From Lama guanicoe (Eukaryota), in the NCBI GenBank assembly GCA_013239625.1, contig MU053304.1, positions 1,860,001 to 1,924,000 of the forward strand: a stretch of 64,000 nt of DNA. Direction: 5' to 3'. The position numbers and the translations under genes are program-made. Below are positions 13,869 through 26,916 of this stretch, piece after piece. The notes beneath the pieces are model-generated. The model did not search any database and was not told the origin of the DNA. It saw nothing but the letters and a program-made list of their open reading frames with translations. Position 1 is the stretch's first letter; each line of letters starts with the position of its first letter.

Positions 13869-14214
13869 TTCTCATATTAAGTTAAAGCTATTTTATGCCA
13901 GTTGGTTACTTACTGCCTGATAGCTTTCCCCTCAAAATTTTACTCGCTGATAATGGCGTAGACAATGTTGAGAACAGCCATTTCATTGAACACTTACTGA
14001 CATTTGATATAATAATAATAATAATAATAATAATAAATTTATTTACTTTTGTTAATTAAGTAGAGAAAGATAATATCTTGTTTTAATTTGAATTTTTAAT
14101 TACTGGTGGGCTTGAACTTTTCCTCATAATTGTTAATTTTTTAGAACTTTTATTTTGTGAATTATCTTTTTAGATCCTTTGAATATTTGGGACTAGTGTT
14201 TTTCTTATTGTTTT

Positions 14215-14376
14215 TTAAAAAATTATTTAAATTAAATTATTTTTAAAAAATTATTTATTTTTTGGGGGGGCGGAATTAGGTGTACTTACTTATTTACAGA
14301 GGAGGTGCTGGGTATTGAACCTAGGACCTCGTGCATGCTAAGCATGTGCTCTGCCACTTGACCTATACCTCCCCCC
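14215..14376 (-). mobile_element. Vic-1-like SINE
   Basis: tRNA-like head; approximate TSD ttctt(a/c)ttgtttt. Confidence 0.88.
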
Positions 14377-17300
14377 TTCTTCTTGTTTTAGATAAGAAAA
14401 ATGTTAGCACTTTGCTGCAAATACTGGCTTGTTTTTATTTAGCATCCTTTCTGGACTGGTATGTCTGTTTCAATGATCTAGACTTCCTGCATTAATATCA
14501 CAATTTAAATGATGCTGCTTTATAATTCTTTCAAAACTTTCCTCATATTTTTGCCCTCTCCACTTTTTATATGAAAATTGTAATTGTTCAGTGAGCTGTC
14601 CCTGCCCCACTTCGCCAAAAATCCTGCTTGAGTTTTGATTGTACATGAGTGAAATCTGCATATAAATTTTGGAAGACCAGACATCAATTAGTCCTTTATG
14701 AGGGAGACAAGTCTTACTTAGTATGTATTTGTGGAACTGAGCTCTTCAGATGCTTTGCTCATTCAGTCTCGATTCCAGATTTGCTTTGTGAGCTGCTAGA
14801 TGTTTAGCATGCAAGCGCTGTCTTATAGTTAGTGTTTATTTAGTTCTAGAATGCACGTGTCAGAATCTCCTACTCAGGGTTTTGTAAAATGTTGCTAGAA
14901 AACATGAGTAACTTAGAATTTGCACAGCTGTCTGTAGGAGCACTCTGTCCAGAACCCCTTGGAGGCTGGGAATACTTTCTTTACTACTACGTCGATATTG
15001 AAGTGATACAGTGTTTGACTTTTCATCCTTTTCAGCTAAAATCACTATCTTGTGCTCAATAACGTTGCCTTTGGTGCTAATATTTTAATCAAAGTGATAT
15101 ACTCAATCATAGCTACATATTTTTGACAGAATAATTTACATTAGCTCAAAATGTTCAACAGTGGTTATTTTAGTAGGGTTGGGGTAAATACTGGCAGAAA
15201 TACTGTATTGATTGATACAGAATCAATAACAACAATAAGAAAAATAAGCCCAGCTGACATTGGCTGTCTTACAGTTGCCAGTTTTTTTTTCTTAGCTAAT
15301 TTAATTCTTAAAATATCCCTATGAGGTAGATACTGTTTTTATTCCCATTTTTACAGATGAGAGAACTGAGACACTGAGAGATTAAGCAACTCACTTCTGT
15401 TTTTCTCCTTTGCCCTTTCACAAAGATGTGGAAATGACAGTGCTGGTAAGTAGCTGTGTGAGAAGCATTTTTGATGCCACGGGGTTTTAGAACTGGAAGC
15501 AATGTCTTCACATCATTTAGTTGCGGTCTGCTCTTGTCACCATTCAGGTTAGTTCTGAAAACTATGATGTTCAATATGCAGAAATACACAAAGTAAGAAT
15601 TCCCCCATTTTCTTTTCTTCTTATCTATTTTACTCACCAAGAAAGTTCCACTAGCAGTTTGAAATGTCTTCTCCCGGACATTCTTTTTCTGTATTTTAAT
15701 AGCATTTCCAAATTTCAGAGCGAGTTGTGGGGCACACGCTGGAGTAGAAGGCAGCTCTTATGACTCGAGGGAAGTGTTCCTGAAGGTGCCATGGTGGCTC
15801 CTGCCCCAGGGAAGCCCTAGGGGGTCAAGGAGATGGTTGGGATGCTTCTGTGGCCACCTGTCTGGGGGTAAGCCCTGGTCATAAATTAGCTGGTCTTTTC
15901 CAGGCAAGCCAACAAATTTAAATAAATTTTCCCTGCAGGTATGAAAAGAAGGTGCTATCAGTAGAAAGTGCTTGTCCACTGACATATTAGCTTGTCATCT
16001 GTGCGCCACAAGGAAATGAGATTGTTCTAAGCATCTGGTTAGAGGACTTTACTTTCTGTGAGTCTGTAAGACTTCTAACGTCCCCTGGTATAGTTGGTGT
16101 TGACTGAATGAATAGATTCTGTTGAAGTTCAGTGTGCTTGAAGTTCGGGTGACAAGTGGTCACCTGGTAAAATAGAAGATGAACAGACTTTGCCTAAATA
16201 AACACTGGAGAATGATTAGGGACACTAGATTGTGCCCACAAATGTGATTGCTGAAAAAGCACATATTCTGTGCTCTCTGAACTTGAGACATATTTTCTAC
16301 AGCTCTCATAACCTTATAATGTCACCTTTGATACTTTTTGGTCACTCTTTCTACAAATGCCCAAGTCCATCCAGAAGCAACAACCATCTACTTGCTTTAA
16401 AGGTGGACGTTTCAGAGATCAGGGCACCCACAGGCATGGTCATAGAGAGCCATTCAAGGGCCATTTCGCTGCATTTCTGGGTGCTGTCTCAGAGTGTCCA
16501 ACCCACAATGTTCAGACATGAACTTCTTTTTCTCAGCTTTGCTGTGATCCAGGGAAAATCAATCAACACGGTGTCATTCCAGACATTTTGCTTTGTTTCC
16601 CATTTTCCAGGTCTTATTGAGGAAGATTTCAGCTTGGGAGGGTAAGAAGCCCACGGCTCTCTGTCTCTCTGATGCACTAGACTCCATGTATTGCTTGAGG
16701 GTCCTTTAAGGGCTGACTTATTCTCACCTCTGTCTTGGAGTTGCTGACTTGACCCCAACGCGGGCAACGATTCCCAAAGCTCTCCCTAACATTTCCATCC
16801 AGCGAGGACTCAGTATGGTGACTCAGGTGTTGTTGAGTTGCCTTAGTAAGTCCACCATAGTAAAGCGCGAAGAGTCTTTATAAGGCTAATAGTAATGTAT
16901 AAACAGTCCTGTACTTTAAATGAACTTAAGCATAATTATCTATAGCACATCTGAGGCATTATCTACAAAGTCCTCCTTACTAGACTATGGGACAGCTGTG
17001 AGCTTTAGTTAGGATCATAACCGAACCCTGACGATCACGTATTTTTCATTTAATTATTGCACCAATTCTATGAGCGAAGTTCTATTATTATCACATGCAT
17101 TTTACAGCTTAGAAAATGGAGGCACTGGCCCAGCATGTGATTGGCAAAGTTAGGACAGAGATCTAGAGAGTTTGGATTCAGCGTCCAGTCACCCAACCAG
17201 CATCCAGAACCGTGCACAACAAATTTTCCATTTCTTTTTCTTCCTTCCCTTCCTGGGAACAAAAAAGAGCAGTGGGGAGGAAGAGGAAAGGGAAAGAGCA

Positions 17301-17809
17301 GGGTGAGCGGTTGCTGGTATTTTTTTAATGATCCTTTAAGATGATGTGAAAATAGGTTGCAGGAAGCATGCAAAATGGGACCCGGGAGAGTCGGTGATCA
17401 GACCCTGAGACAGGAGAAACAGCTCATCCAAGGGCAGTGTGTTTTTTATGTCCTGGGTTCTAACTCCTACCTACTCCAGCTGTAGAGGCCAAGATTAAGA
17501 GGTTTCCACCTGCATCTGGGTGCTGCCTTGGCAAGCTGTCACGGTCAGAGCTGCTTGGGTGGGTGCGGTGGGTCCTCTCTGTGGAGCTGACATGTTCAGA
17601 ACTAGTTAGGATCTAGGATTATGCTGAATCACAGTGCAGAGTTCCTGGGGCTCCTGCTACCCTGTCCCTCTAAATCAGAACGCCTCTGGTTTTGTTTTCT
17701 GTTTCATATTTTTGGGTTCCGAATAAGATATCTTTCGGGCAAAAGATCCAGCAGTTCAAAATCTGTCAAAAATTGCTTCTCTGTGAGACTTAACTTGTTC
17801 CTATGATGC

Positions 17810-18345
17810 TGTCAGTGTTTTGGGTATCTATTTCTGTGTAGCAAATTTCTCCCAAATTTATTTGCTTAAAACTGCTATTTTATTTTGATCGGGATTTTGT
17901 GAGTTGGGAATTTGGGAAGGGCTCTGCTGAGGAATTTGTCACTGATCCTTGAAGTGTCATCCAGATCTGGTGCCTGGTGCCGAGAATCCACTCCTAAGCC
18001 TGGTGCCTTGGTGCTCTCAGCTTCTTTCTTCTTCCCCCTCAGTCTCCAACCTTAAGGTTTCATGCTTCACAGAATCTCCACGGGGTGTCGGCTTCTCATA
18101 GTATGGTGGTTATAGAGGCAGGAAGCAGTAGCTACCTGGCCAGGCAAAAGCCTTCCCAGAACTGGTGTGATATTACTTCCATTTTGCTCTATTGGTCAAA
18201 GCAGCCATGAGCTTGCCCACATTCAAGAATGTAGGGAAAAGACTCCATCTCCTGGTGAAAAAGAGGAGAGATCACATTGCAGAAGAGGATGCTGGATGGG
18301 AACCTTTGTCGCGCCATCTTGAAAAATGCAACCTGTTGTGTCTCA
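17810..18345. mobile_element. MaLR LTR (MLT1G/H-like)
   Basis: tatctatttctgtgtagcaaat...ctattggtcaaagcagc...gccatcttgaaaaatgcaacc. Confidence 0.65.
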
Positions 18346-21300
18346 CCACCACCATGGTGCAGCTTCAGCGTCTAGCTCCTCCCCGAAGCTGGTGTTACAC
18401 CCTGCCACCTGCTTCTCTCCATTTCCCCTGGTCCTTCTCTCATTTCCTTTTCTGGGAGACTCCCCCTCTTTCCCTCATCAGCCTGCCCGTAGCTTGCTGC
18501 TCACGTTAGCACAGTAATGGCTTCTGGAGTGGCCCTCCTTCTCTTCTCCTTTTCACTTTCTGTTTTTCCTCTGTTTACAGCTTGTTCGCCCATGTCTTAA
18601 CTTCCCATTAAATAAGCACCATTTATAAAGCAATACCTATTCTTCCACAGGGCATTCTAATCAGTCATGGTTTTATTCGTGCAGTCTCTGTGTCTGTACT
18701 TCCTTCTGTGCTGTTGTTCATTATTAATAGGTCGTAAGTACCTGTTTATTTGCTTTAAATATTTAAGAACTGTTTTCCTCTGAAAATAAGTGGGTTGTAA
18801 CAGAAGGCTAGAAGTTTGGCTACCAAATAGTCAAGCTTTTCTTAACTTTAGGAGAAGGCTTCATTAACCAAAACCTGTTATCTCTAAAGTTGTGAAATAA
18901 ATGGTTCCCATGTTGAGGCGATCTGCTGTGAGACCTTCACCTCTGTTTGTATTTCCATCAGCACTCGCTAGGCACTTGTGCGGACAAGGATGGAAAGGGT
19001 AGAGGTATTCATGTGGGCACATCACCAGTTCCCTGTCTGAGCTTGTGACCAGGCATTGTTTCTGGGGGCTCATTTGAGGAGGAACTGAAGTCCAAGTTGA
19101 GATACCTGAAAGGTTTACTGCAAGACAGTGTGGTAAACTCACTGGGATGGTGTGCTTAGTGAAAAGGAAAAACGCATTGCTCGCTCTGGGATTTGGGGTG
19201 AGTTATTTAAACCCTCCTGACCTGTTTTTTAACCTGATTGATAACGGGGTCATTTCAGTAATGTCTGCAGTTCCCATCAGTTCTAAATCCTCTCATATTT
19301 TTATTTTTTATTTATTTAAAAATTAAAATTTTTTTTCTCATATTTTGAGGAGGTGACTTCGGTAGGCTTTCTCTTATCCTGCAGGGGACATTTCCACATG
19401 ATCCCTTCTTTATTAATGTGGAGGAAATGTATGTACTATATTCAAAGACATTTTCAATACTAGAATTCCTCAATATTTACTTGGAGTGAGAAGATAGCTT
19501 GGAGCAAGCCCAGACTTTATGATGAATCAATTAAAATGTCTCATAACAACAAGTGGCTTTTTGTTGAATGTACGGAGTTATTGATTTGCTTTCGTACATG
19601 GAAAGCTGGTGTTATTTCCCAAACAGGCCAAGTGAGGGGAAGGAAAATGCTGTCTCTATTACGGGTTCAGTACTATCCTTCCCCACCATTAGGCTTTTAC
19701 AATAAAAGTGACATTGATTCTCTGTAATTGCCTGATTCCCAGTAACTGCTTTTGGTAATGGGTTTGAATTTTTTAAAAGGTCTAAAGAAAAGGCCTTAAA
19801 TAATGGCTGTACAAGCAAATAGGAGAAACTATTAAAACTGGGCTTTGTCTAGCTCGCCTGTCCAGAGAATTTAAAAAACCAGTCTATGCATATTTTGCTT
19901 AGCTCGCAAAAGATATATTAGCTTCTGATCAATTTTATGGAGTTGAATGTAATGGTTTAAATAGCTGATGTGTTTTTCTGTCGCTCAGTCGTTCCCTTTC
20001 AGCCCTTGGACTAAACAGAAACTTCTGGGCCGACCGTTGTCATCAGAGTTCCTTAGTGGACGGCTCTTCCAGCCTCCCCATCCAGCGACGTTTCACCTCT
20101 CTCATTCCAGTCTCACCCCGCTGGAGTTCTTCTTCTGGTCTTCAGTGCTACTTTGTGCATTCCTGCTTGCAAACCTTACTTAACTTGTTTTACATGCTGG
20201 GGACAGTGTTCCTGGCATATCCCATAAGCTCTCCTCTTGATTCAAACTCAGATTCATTTCTTCAATAATTTGTGTTTCCTACGAACAATGTACTTGACCG
20301 ACAATCTGGAAGCTTTTTGAGAAGAGGCTCCATGTTGGTTCTAGAGTTTAAATCCTACTACAAAGAAAGTAGACTTTACCTCTGGCTCTTGGACCCTTCC
20401 TCCTCCTCCATCGCCTTTGTCTTCCAGCCTTTGACCATGACTGTGGTCTTCGTACTCCCTTCTGGCTCTTGACAGTTCTGTTTTATCTGAGCTGTGGAGG
20501 AGGCTGGTGGGAAAGGTGAGATGTCAGTGAGGGTGGAGGAAGGTGGTGGTGAGAGAAGAAACGGGATTTAATGAGAAAGTGTGGGATTAGATGGAGGAAG
20601 GAAAGACCCGTGCGGGGAATACGCACTGATCCCAGCCTGAGTTCATTTATTCATCTTGTCTTGTCTCGCTGCTGCCACTCCCTCCCAGCCCTCGCTGACT
20701 TTCCATGGAAGTAAAATAAAAGAAGAGAGAAGCAAGTTTTCCTGAATTCGCTTTATGTGCTTTTCTTTGGTTTGGTTACAGTTTCTATTTAGCCTTGGGC
20801 TCAGGGGTCTATTTTAAAGAAATAACCTCATCCTAGAAAATTCTCATAAAGGCTTGTTTATCCTCAATATAATAAAATGAAATATAGTGGATTTCTTATC
20901 CTCAAGTAGAAAGACTTTGGGAAATTTGCTTACATATAGGAAACCGACTGAAAAAGAGGTAATAGAAATTGGAGTCCCTGAGTACGTTGAGCTAACCTCA
21001 GCAGGATTAAAATTAAGGGGCATGATTTGAAATGATAATTTTGCACAGCCTCCAGAAATGTACACAAATACAGAAGTGTGATGTAATTCAACTCTGGCTC
21101 TGTCAAGACCGCCTGGGAGTGAGGGGTAAATGTCACAGCCTAAAAAATGCAGAGAGAAAAAAACGATTCTGGTTTATTTTAGTGCTGGTGGAAACTGCTG
21201 ATCACATACAGCAAACATACCTGATCTTGTTGAAATCAGGACACGCTGCTATATTTAAGACAGGGGTTATTTTATACTCTGTTAATTTGCTAGGGGTATG

Positions 21301-22329
21301 AGAAGGTTTTATATTTTTGGTTATGGAGAAAAATTTGGAAGTCTCTTAACGCCATTACTTAACTTAAAATAAAAAGTTTATTATATTGTTCCAGAAACTC
21401 TTGTCTTTTTGTTTTTTTAGTGCAAAGAGAGAAAATTGGAAGATGTTGTTGAAGAGAGAAATGACTTTTGGATTCCTGTAATATTTTTCTAGAGAAGGAC
21501 GTCCCAGACAAGAAATTCTCTTGTTACAGACTTTTTTATTTTTCATCAATGAAAGATCAGAGCTGCCACCATAGGGAATTTTAAGGTCTCATGGTTTACT
21601 CTATTTTTCTGCTTTTTTTCTCTTCCTTAACTTCACTTCTAACGTATGCTTGTGTTTTCCTTTTTGTTATATTTTTACCTTCATTCTTTGCTACTTCATT
21701 TTTCTGACTCATCCCTTTAGCAGGTGCTCAGGAAGACGGACTCGGAGAGGTCCAGCCTTCTGCAACAAACTCTTTCAGTCCCTCTAGAGACTTTTGAAAC
21801 ACTGTCTGAAGAATGTTTGCGAAGCAGCTGGGATGGCTGGGAAGTTGGAGTTTAAAGACCTTTAAATTCCATTCTAACCTGGAAGCTCTGTGATTCTGTG
21901 GAGCCCTGTCTTAGCTGTTAGTTATTCATGTGAAATCTGATTGCCCAGGTTAGTGGATATAACACCCAATACTGGACAATATTGAACATTGAGGATTTTC
22001 CTTTTAGCACTGGAACATCTGATTCCTAGAGATGAGTCTGGGCACTGGGTGAGGAGCAGGGGTGAGAATGAAGCCCACGGCTTTCCTGTCTTCCCTTCGG
22101 CCCATCGAGGTCCATTTTCAAGGCTCTGTCTTATCTCCATTGGCAGTGATGAGACTGATGGGGGAGAAAACAATCTTTTTGACAGTAAATTAAACACAAA
22201 TTCTATCTTCAAAAAAGAGATTGGAACAAGGCTAGAGAAGGTGAAGGTATATTCACGGCAAATCCTGCCAACAGTGCATTATCCAGGTAAACAGGATGGT
22301 CTTAAAAGCTAAGAACTAAGGGGCCCAGA

Positions 22330-22705
22330 ACCGCATCTCTGGGACAACGGGAGCTCCGGTGCTGGCATGGGGCAGGGGAGGGGACGGTGGGGACTTGCTA
22401 AAGTGCACCACGCTTAGAGGTAGTGACTTAGTCGGCTGAAGTGGGATTGAGGAACCTGCATTTTACATACACACTCCAGCTGAGTTTGTTTCAGGTGACC
22501 TTCCATACCAGGCTTTGACAAACCCTGAGTTACGATGTGTCTCTAGGTCAGCATTCTTGTCCTTGGCTGTAATCACTTGGGGTGCTCTAAAAATTCTGGG
22601 TCTGGCCCCACCCCAGAGATTCTGGTGTGCTGGGCCCAGGGTGGGACCTGTGTCTGCTCCGGGGGGGACCTGATGTCCCAGGAGGCTGAGAAGCACTGCT
22701 CGTTG
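22330..22705. mobile_element. Two adjacent MER5-type hAT relics
   Basis: gaacctgcatttt, ggccccaccccagagattctg and gctgagaagcactgct motifs. Confidence 0.55.
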
Positions 22706-23486
22706 GAGTGGAACTACAGACAAATGGACGCCAATATGGTGAACTTGGACTTTGTTACAGCGATCCAAAGACAGATGGAGTTGAAGTTTATATTTGTATA
22801 GTTTATGAGAAAATGGTGTGCTAAAATTCACAGCATTTCCAATGTTGCAAGGGGATTATACAGGCCACTTACAAAAATAAATTCAAGCATTCTCGAGAGA
22901 CCTTGGCATTTACATGCAATGCATGTAAATATAACTGGTTCTAGCCTTGTCCTTATTCCGGGGCTTTTTAATTTATTGAAGAATGTCAGGATTTCTGTGT
23001 GCTCTCACGTTTGCTGTTTATTTATGTGATTGTTATATAATCGAAAATTAAGAAAACGGTCTTTCTCAAGCACTCCGAAATCAATACTGTCCCCGGTGTT
23101 TAGAGGAGTTTACGGCTGGTCCTTTATGACAGGGTTTCCACGTTGTGAGGCTGTGTGGTGCTGCTGGGAAGGATCTGAATCTGGATTTGTTGCTGTTAAG
23201 CTACCAGGGAGAGAGCCTGGGCTCCTTTTATTAAATAATTTTTTCTTAATTAATTTTAAATGTGAAATATTTACAAATCTCAAAAGACTGAGTGACCAGT
23301 ATGACACATACCTCTGCAGCCCCAACTTTTATGTTTTTCCCCAATTATTTTTTATTATCGATAGAAGCAACTGAATCATCAGATACTAGTAATATTAAAG
23401 CTATTAGCTGTATACTAGTTCCGCTTGGTCTCTGTTTCTTAAGTGGACACGAAATTGCAAGTGTGCGTTTAAGAATAGAGTTTACA

Positions 23487-23893
23487 GCCACCCCCCAGTG
23501 AAGACAAGCCCGCAGCCCGGTCTCTGCAGCCACTCACAATGGTGCACCCTGAGGGGACTCGGAATAAGAAAGAAAAGGTTACTGGCTCTAAATAGCTAGG
23601 TGCTTGTCAAAGGAATGAATTCAATGAGCCCAAATATTTGCTTCCTCCCATACATAGAAAAGCACTAAATCCTTTAACTTGAGATGCCTAGTTTTCTTTA
23701 GCTAACACGTAATCTTTTATTGTTCCAACTACCTGGTCTTGTTGTAAAGCTCCCATACATCCTAGCTCCTCCCCTACCTCTTCAGAGCAGTCCCTCAGAG
23801 CCATCCGAGAGGCTGTCATCCCAGCTGGAGCCCTCCCGCCAAATAAAACATAACTCTCAAAAAAAAAAAAAAAAAGAAAGAAAGAAAGAAAGA
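23487..23893 (+). mobile_element. Polyadenylated ERV LTR (U3-R) retrocopy
   Basis: Homologous to the LTR at 36631-37134 but ends AATAAA-acataactctc-A17-(GAAA)n; 16-bp TSD aagaatag(a/g)gtttaca. Confidence 0.85.
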
Positions 23894-24481
23894 AAGAATA
23901 GGGTTTACAAACCCCCCAAAAGAACAAGGTTTACAAACCCCGCTGGGCTCCCCTGTGCAGAGGCATCCCGGGCTCTGTGGAGTTTCGCACTACTGCACGA
24001 GTGACCTTGCTATATGCTGAGACTGGGCTGGTGAGATTAGGTGGGTGGACAGCAGGGTTTGACTTGATCTCTCTGGATAATGAAACATTGCGATAATTGA
24101 AATGCACTTAGGATGGTATTGTTTTCCCACTATTCAGGTTAAGCTATTCGCAGAAAATAGGGAGATGAATTTCCATAGGGTGAGTGTACCAGAAGTCAAG
24201 GCAGATGGAGAGGGGGTTTGGGAGGGTTGCACTGCTGGGCTGGTGTGTGTGTGTGCACGTGTGTTCACGTGTGTGTGTCGAATTTCATGCTGGTTTCCTA
24301 CAGGCCTGCCTTGTCCAGGCGTCACCTTTCCTTCTCATGCCTCTGCCACCCACCTGCGTTGTCAAGGTTTCTCCTTCCATTTGTGGGACCGAGGGTGGGT
24401 GCTATGAAGGCTCTGGTTCACTCAAAGGGGGTTGACTTCATGGGGCCAGTAAGATGGGGACTGTGTACAGCCTTCGTCATT

Positions 24482-24632
24482 AAAAAAAAAGTTTATTTGT
24501 GTGTGTGTGTGTGTGTGTGTGTGTAATTAGGTTTCTTTATTTATTACTTTATTTTAATCGAGGTACTGGGGATTGAACCCAGGACTTCGTGCATGCTAAG
24601 GATGTACTCTACCACTGAGCTATGCCCTCCCC
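24482..24632 (-). mobile_element. Vic-1-like SINE with internal (TG)n
   Basis: tRNA-like head; approximate TSD ctt(c/g)gtcatt. Confidence 0.88.
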
Positions 24633-25248
24633 AACTTGGTCATTTCTGTTGAATGGATCAGCTGGCTGCTGCCCATGGGGTGTCCTCGGCTTGGGGGGGG
24701 TGAACTTTGCTAAGGCCTCGCTCCCTGTAATGGGGCTGGGGGTCCCCAGGTCCTGGCTCCACCTCTGACACTGGTGACCCTCTGTCCTCACTCAGGTGGA
24801 AGCAGCTCTGCACACGTCCCCCTGCCCTGGCCCATGGAGTCTCTCCCTAATCTGTAGGAGAGAGTGATGGAGACCTGCCCAGCGGTTTCTGCCTTCTTCC
24901 TTACTGTGGCTTTTGAAACTCGCATGCCACGACTCCGCGCCTCCTCTCTCTGGCTGCAGTAGTGGCCCTCCTCTCAGGGTGGATGGCTCCGGCCTGGGCT
25001 GGGGGCAGAGACCCTGGAATACAAGGAGGTTTGGGGGTGGAGAACCCATTGGTTAATACTTGAACATTATTCCTCCAGCAGAGTCAGACTTGGAGAGGCC
25101 CCTTTCTGTGGGTGAGAGAGGAGGCCGACCAGGATGTGTGGGGAAGTGCCTTGCAGGATGGCTGGCGCTCCGGCGAGTTGCAAGGGGGGAGGATGGAGAT
25201 TCGCCCACAAGGAGTGCTGGTTCTTAACCACTGAAGGACCATGGAGCT

Positions 25249-26311
25249 TGTCAGGTGAAAAACAAACCTGAGCTTAGGTCAGGAGGGACTTTACCGAAAG
25301 GGCTATTGCACCAGGGAAGGGGAGCTATTGCCGTAAGAGGAGGGGCCTCTTGCATTAGGAAGAATGTGCCAACTGTAAGCTCTGCCAGCAGTCACAGGGC
25401 AGGCGGAAAGGAATGTTGTCGGGAGGAGTACATGGGCTAGAAAGACTGTGTGTGTCGTGGGGGGTTTAGGATCTGACAGTTGAGCAGCTCTTTTTTTTTT
25501 TTTTGCTGTGTTAATTTGCTGGGGCTGCTGTAACGAGGTGCCATAAATTGGATGCTTTAAAACAGTAGAAATTTATTCTCTCACAATTCAGGAGGCTAGA
25601 AGTACAAAATCAAGGCACTGGCAGCGTTAGTGTCTCCCAGAGGCTCTGAGAGAGACTCTGTTCCCTGCCTCTCACCTAGCTTTCGGGGATGGTCGGCCAT
25701 CCTTGGCAAGTTCTTTGGCTGGTAGCTGCATGCCTCCAGTCTCTGCCTCTGTCTTCACATGGTGTTCTGTGTGTCTGTGTGTCTCCTCTTCCTGTAAGTT
25801 TGCTGGCTGTTGGATCAGGGCCCACACTAATTAGTGTGACCTCATTTTATCTAATTACATCCACAAAGACCCTATTTCCCAGTAAGATCACATGTTGAGG
25901 CCCTAGGGATTTGGACTTCAACAGATAGGAGAACAGAGTTCAGCCTATAACCTTGCAGTCAGGGGCCCTGGCAGAGGTTGTTCTGTGTTCTGATACTGGC
26001 TCAGGCTGAGGATGGGTCAAAGCTCAAAGGTCTGCAGGAGAGAAAGCCTGACTAGAGTTTGGTCAAGTCAAATTAGCCACCTTTGTCCAGATGGTCAGTG
26101 GGAACAACTCAGCTCATCATTTATGAGACAAAGAATGGGAATTTGGAGGATCTGCGTCTGGCCTCATCATTGGCGAGTGTTAGATTTAAGTCCTGTGTGG
26201 AAGGTGGTTCTTTGCAGCAAGTGGTTTCCTGAAACGACCCCACCAAAGGTTGGAGTTTCACACCCATCGCTGTTTTCCAGGATCATAGGGCTCAGGTAAA
26301 AAAATTTGTCA
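25249..26311. mobile_element. ERV1-type solo LTR (MER67/MER31-like) split by MLT1
   Basis: TG...CA termini with 4-bp TSD agct; ccatcgctgttttccaggatcatagggctcaggtaaa near one end. Confidence 0.7.
25507..25951. mobile_element. MaLR LTR (MLT1C-like)
   Basis: gggctgctgtaac...agaaatttattctctcaca...caaagaccctatttccc...ttcagcctataac. Confidence 0.8.
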
Positions 26312-26916
26312 AGCTCTTTGAAAATCTGATGAGAATAATGAGTGCTTTTTCTGGAAAAAGATGCTCATATGTAGAGATAAATGAATATTTGCATACAATT
26401 TTGGTGGAGTCTTTGACCCTTTGGATGCCTTCTGAGCTCTAGAGGGCCACGGATTCCAGGTTAAGAAAAAGGTAAAGAAAGGTAAGGAGAAAGGGGGAGT
26501 CCAGGGTGTCCAGGTGGCAGCAGGCCTGCTGGAGGGTGTGGTTCGTGTAGGGAGGGCTATTGCAGGCATGGCTGCAGAGGTGACATTGGGGTTAGAATCT
26601 CCAGGGCCTCACGTGGAAGTTTCATTTGGTTGACAACGAGAAGCCCATGGAAGTTTCTGAGCAGAAATTTTTAAGGCTGTACTTTGAGAAGATGTTATTT
26701 TGGCAGTGGTATACTGAAATGGGGAAAAGATGGACTGTGAGGAGATACATTAGAAAGTTATTGCAGTAAATTCTCATGCCACATGCATTCATATAAGTAT
26801 TTATCATTTTTGTTTTAATATCTGTCATACTAAGACACTTGGTAAAATCACTTAGTCTTGTGGTCCTTAAGGAGTTTGCTTATGATCAGAAACTACAGAA
26901 ACTCATAGAACCTTCT

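Larger units (their letters stand above)
25215..26468. mobile_element. MER103-like hAT element split by an LTR insertion
   Basis: Ends ggttcttaacc ... ccaggttaagaa; internal aaatctgatgag...tttgcatacaatttt. Confidence 0.6.
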
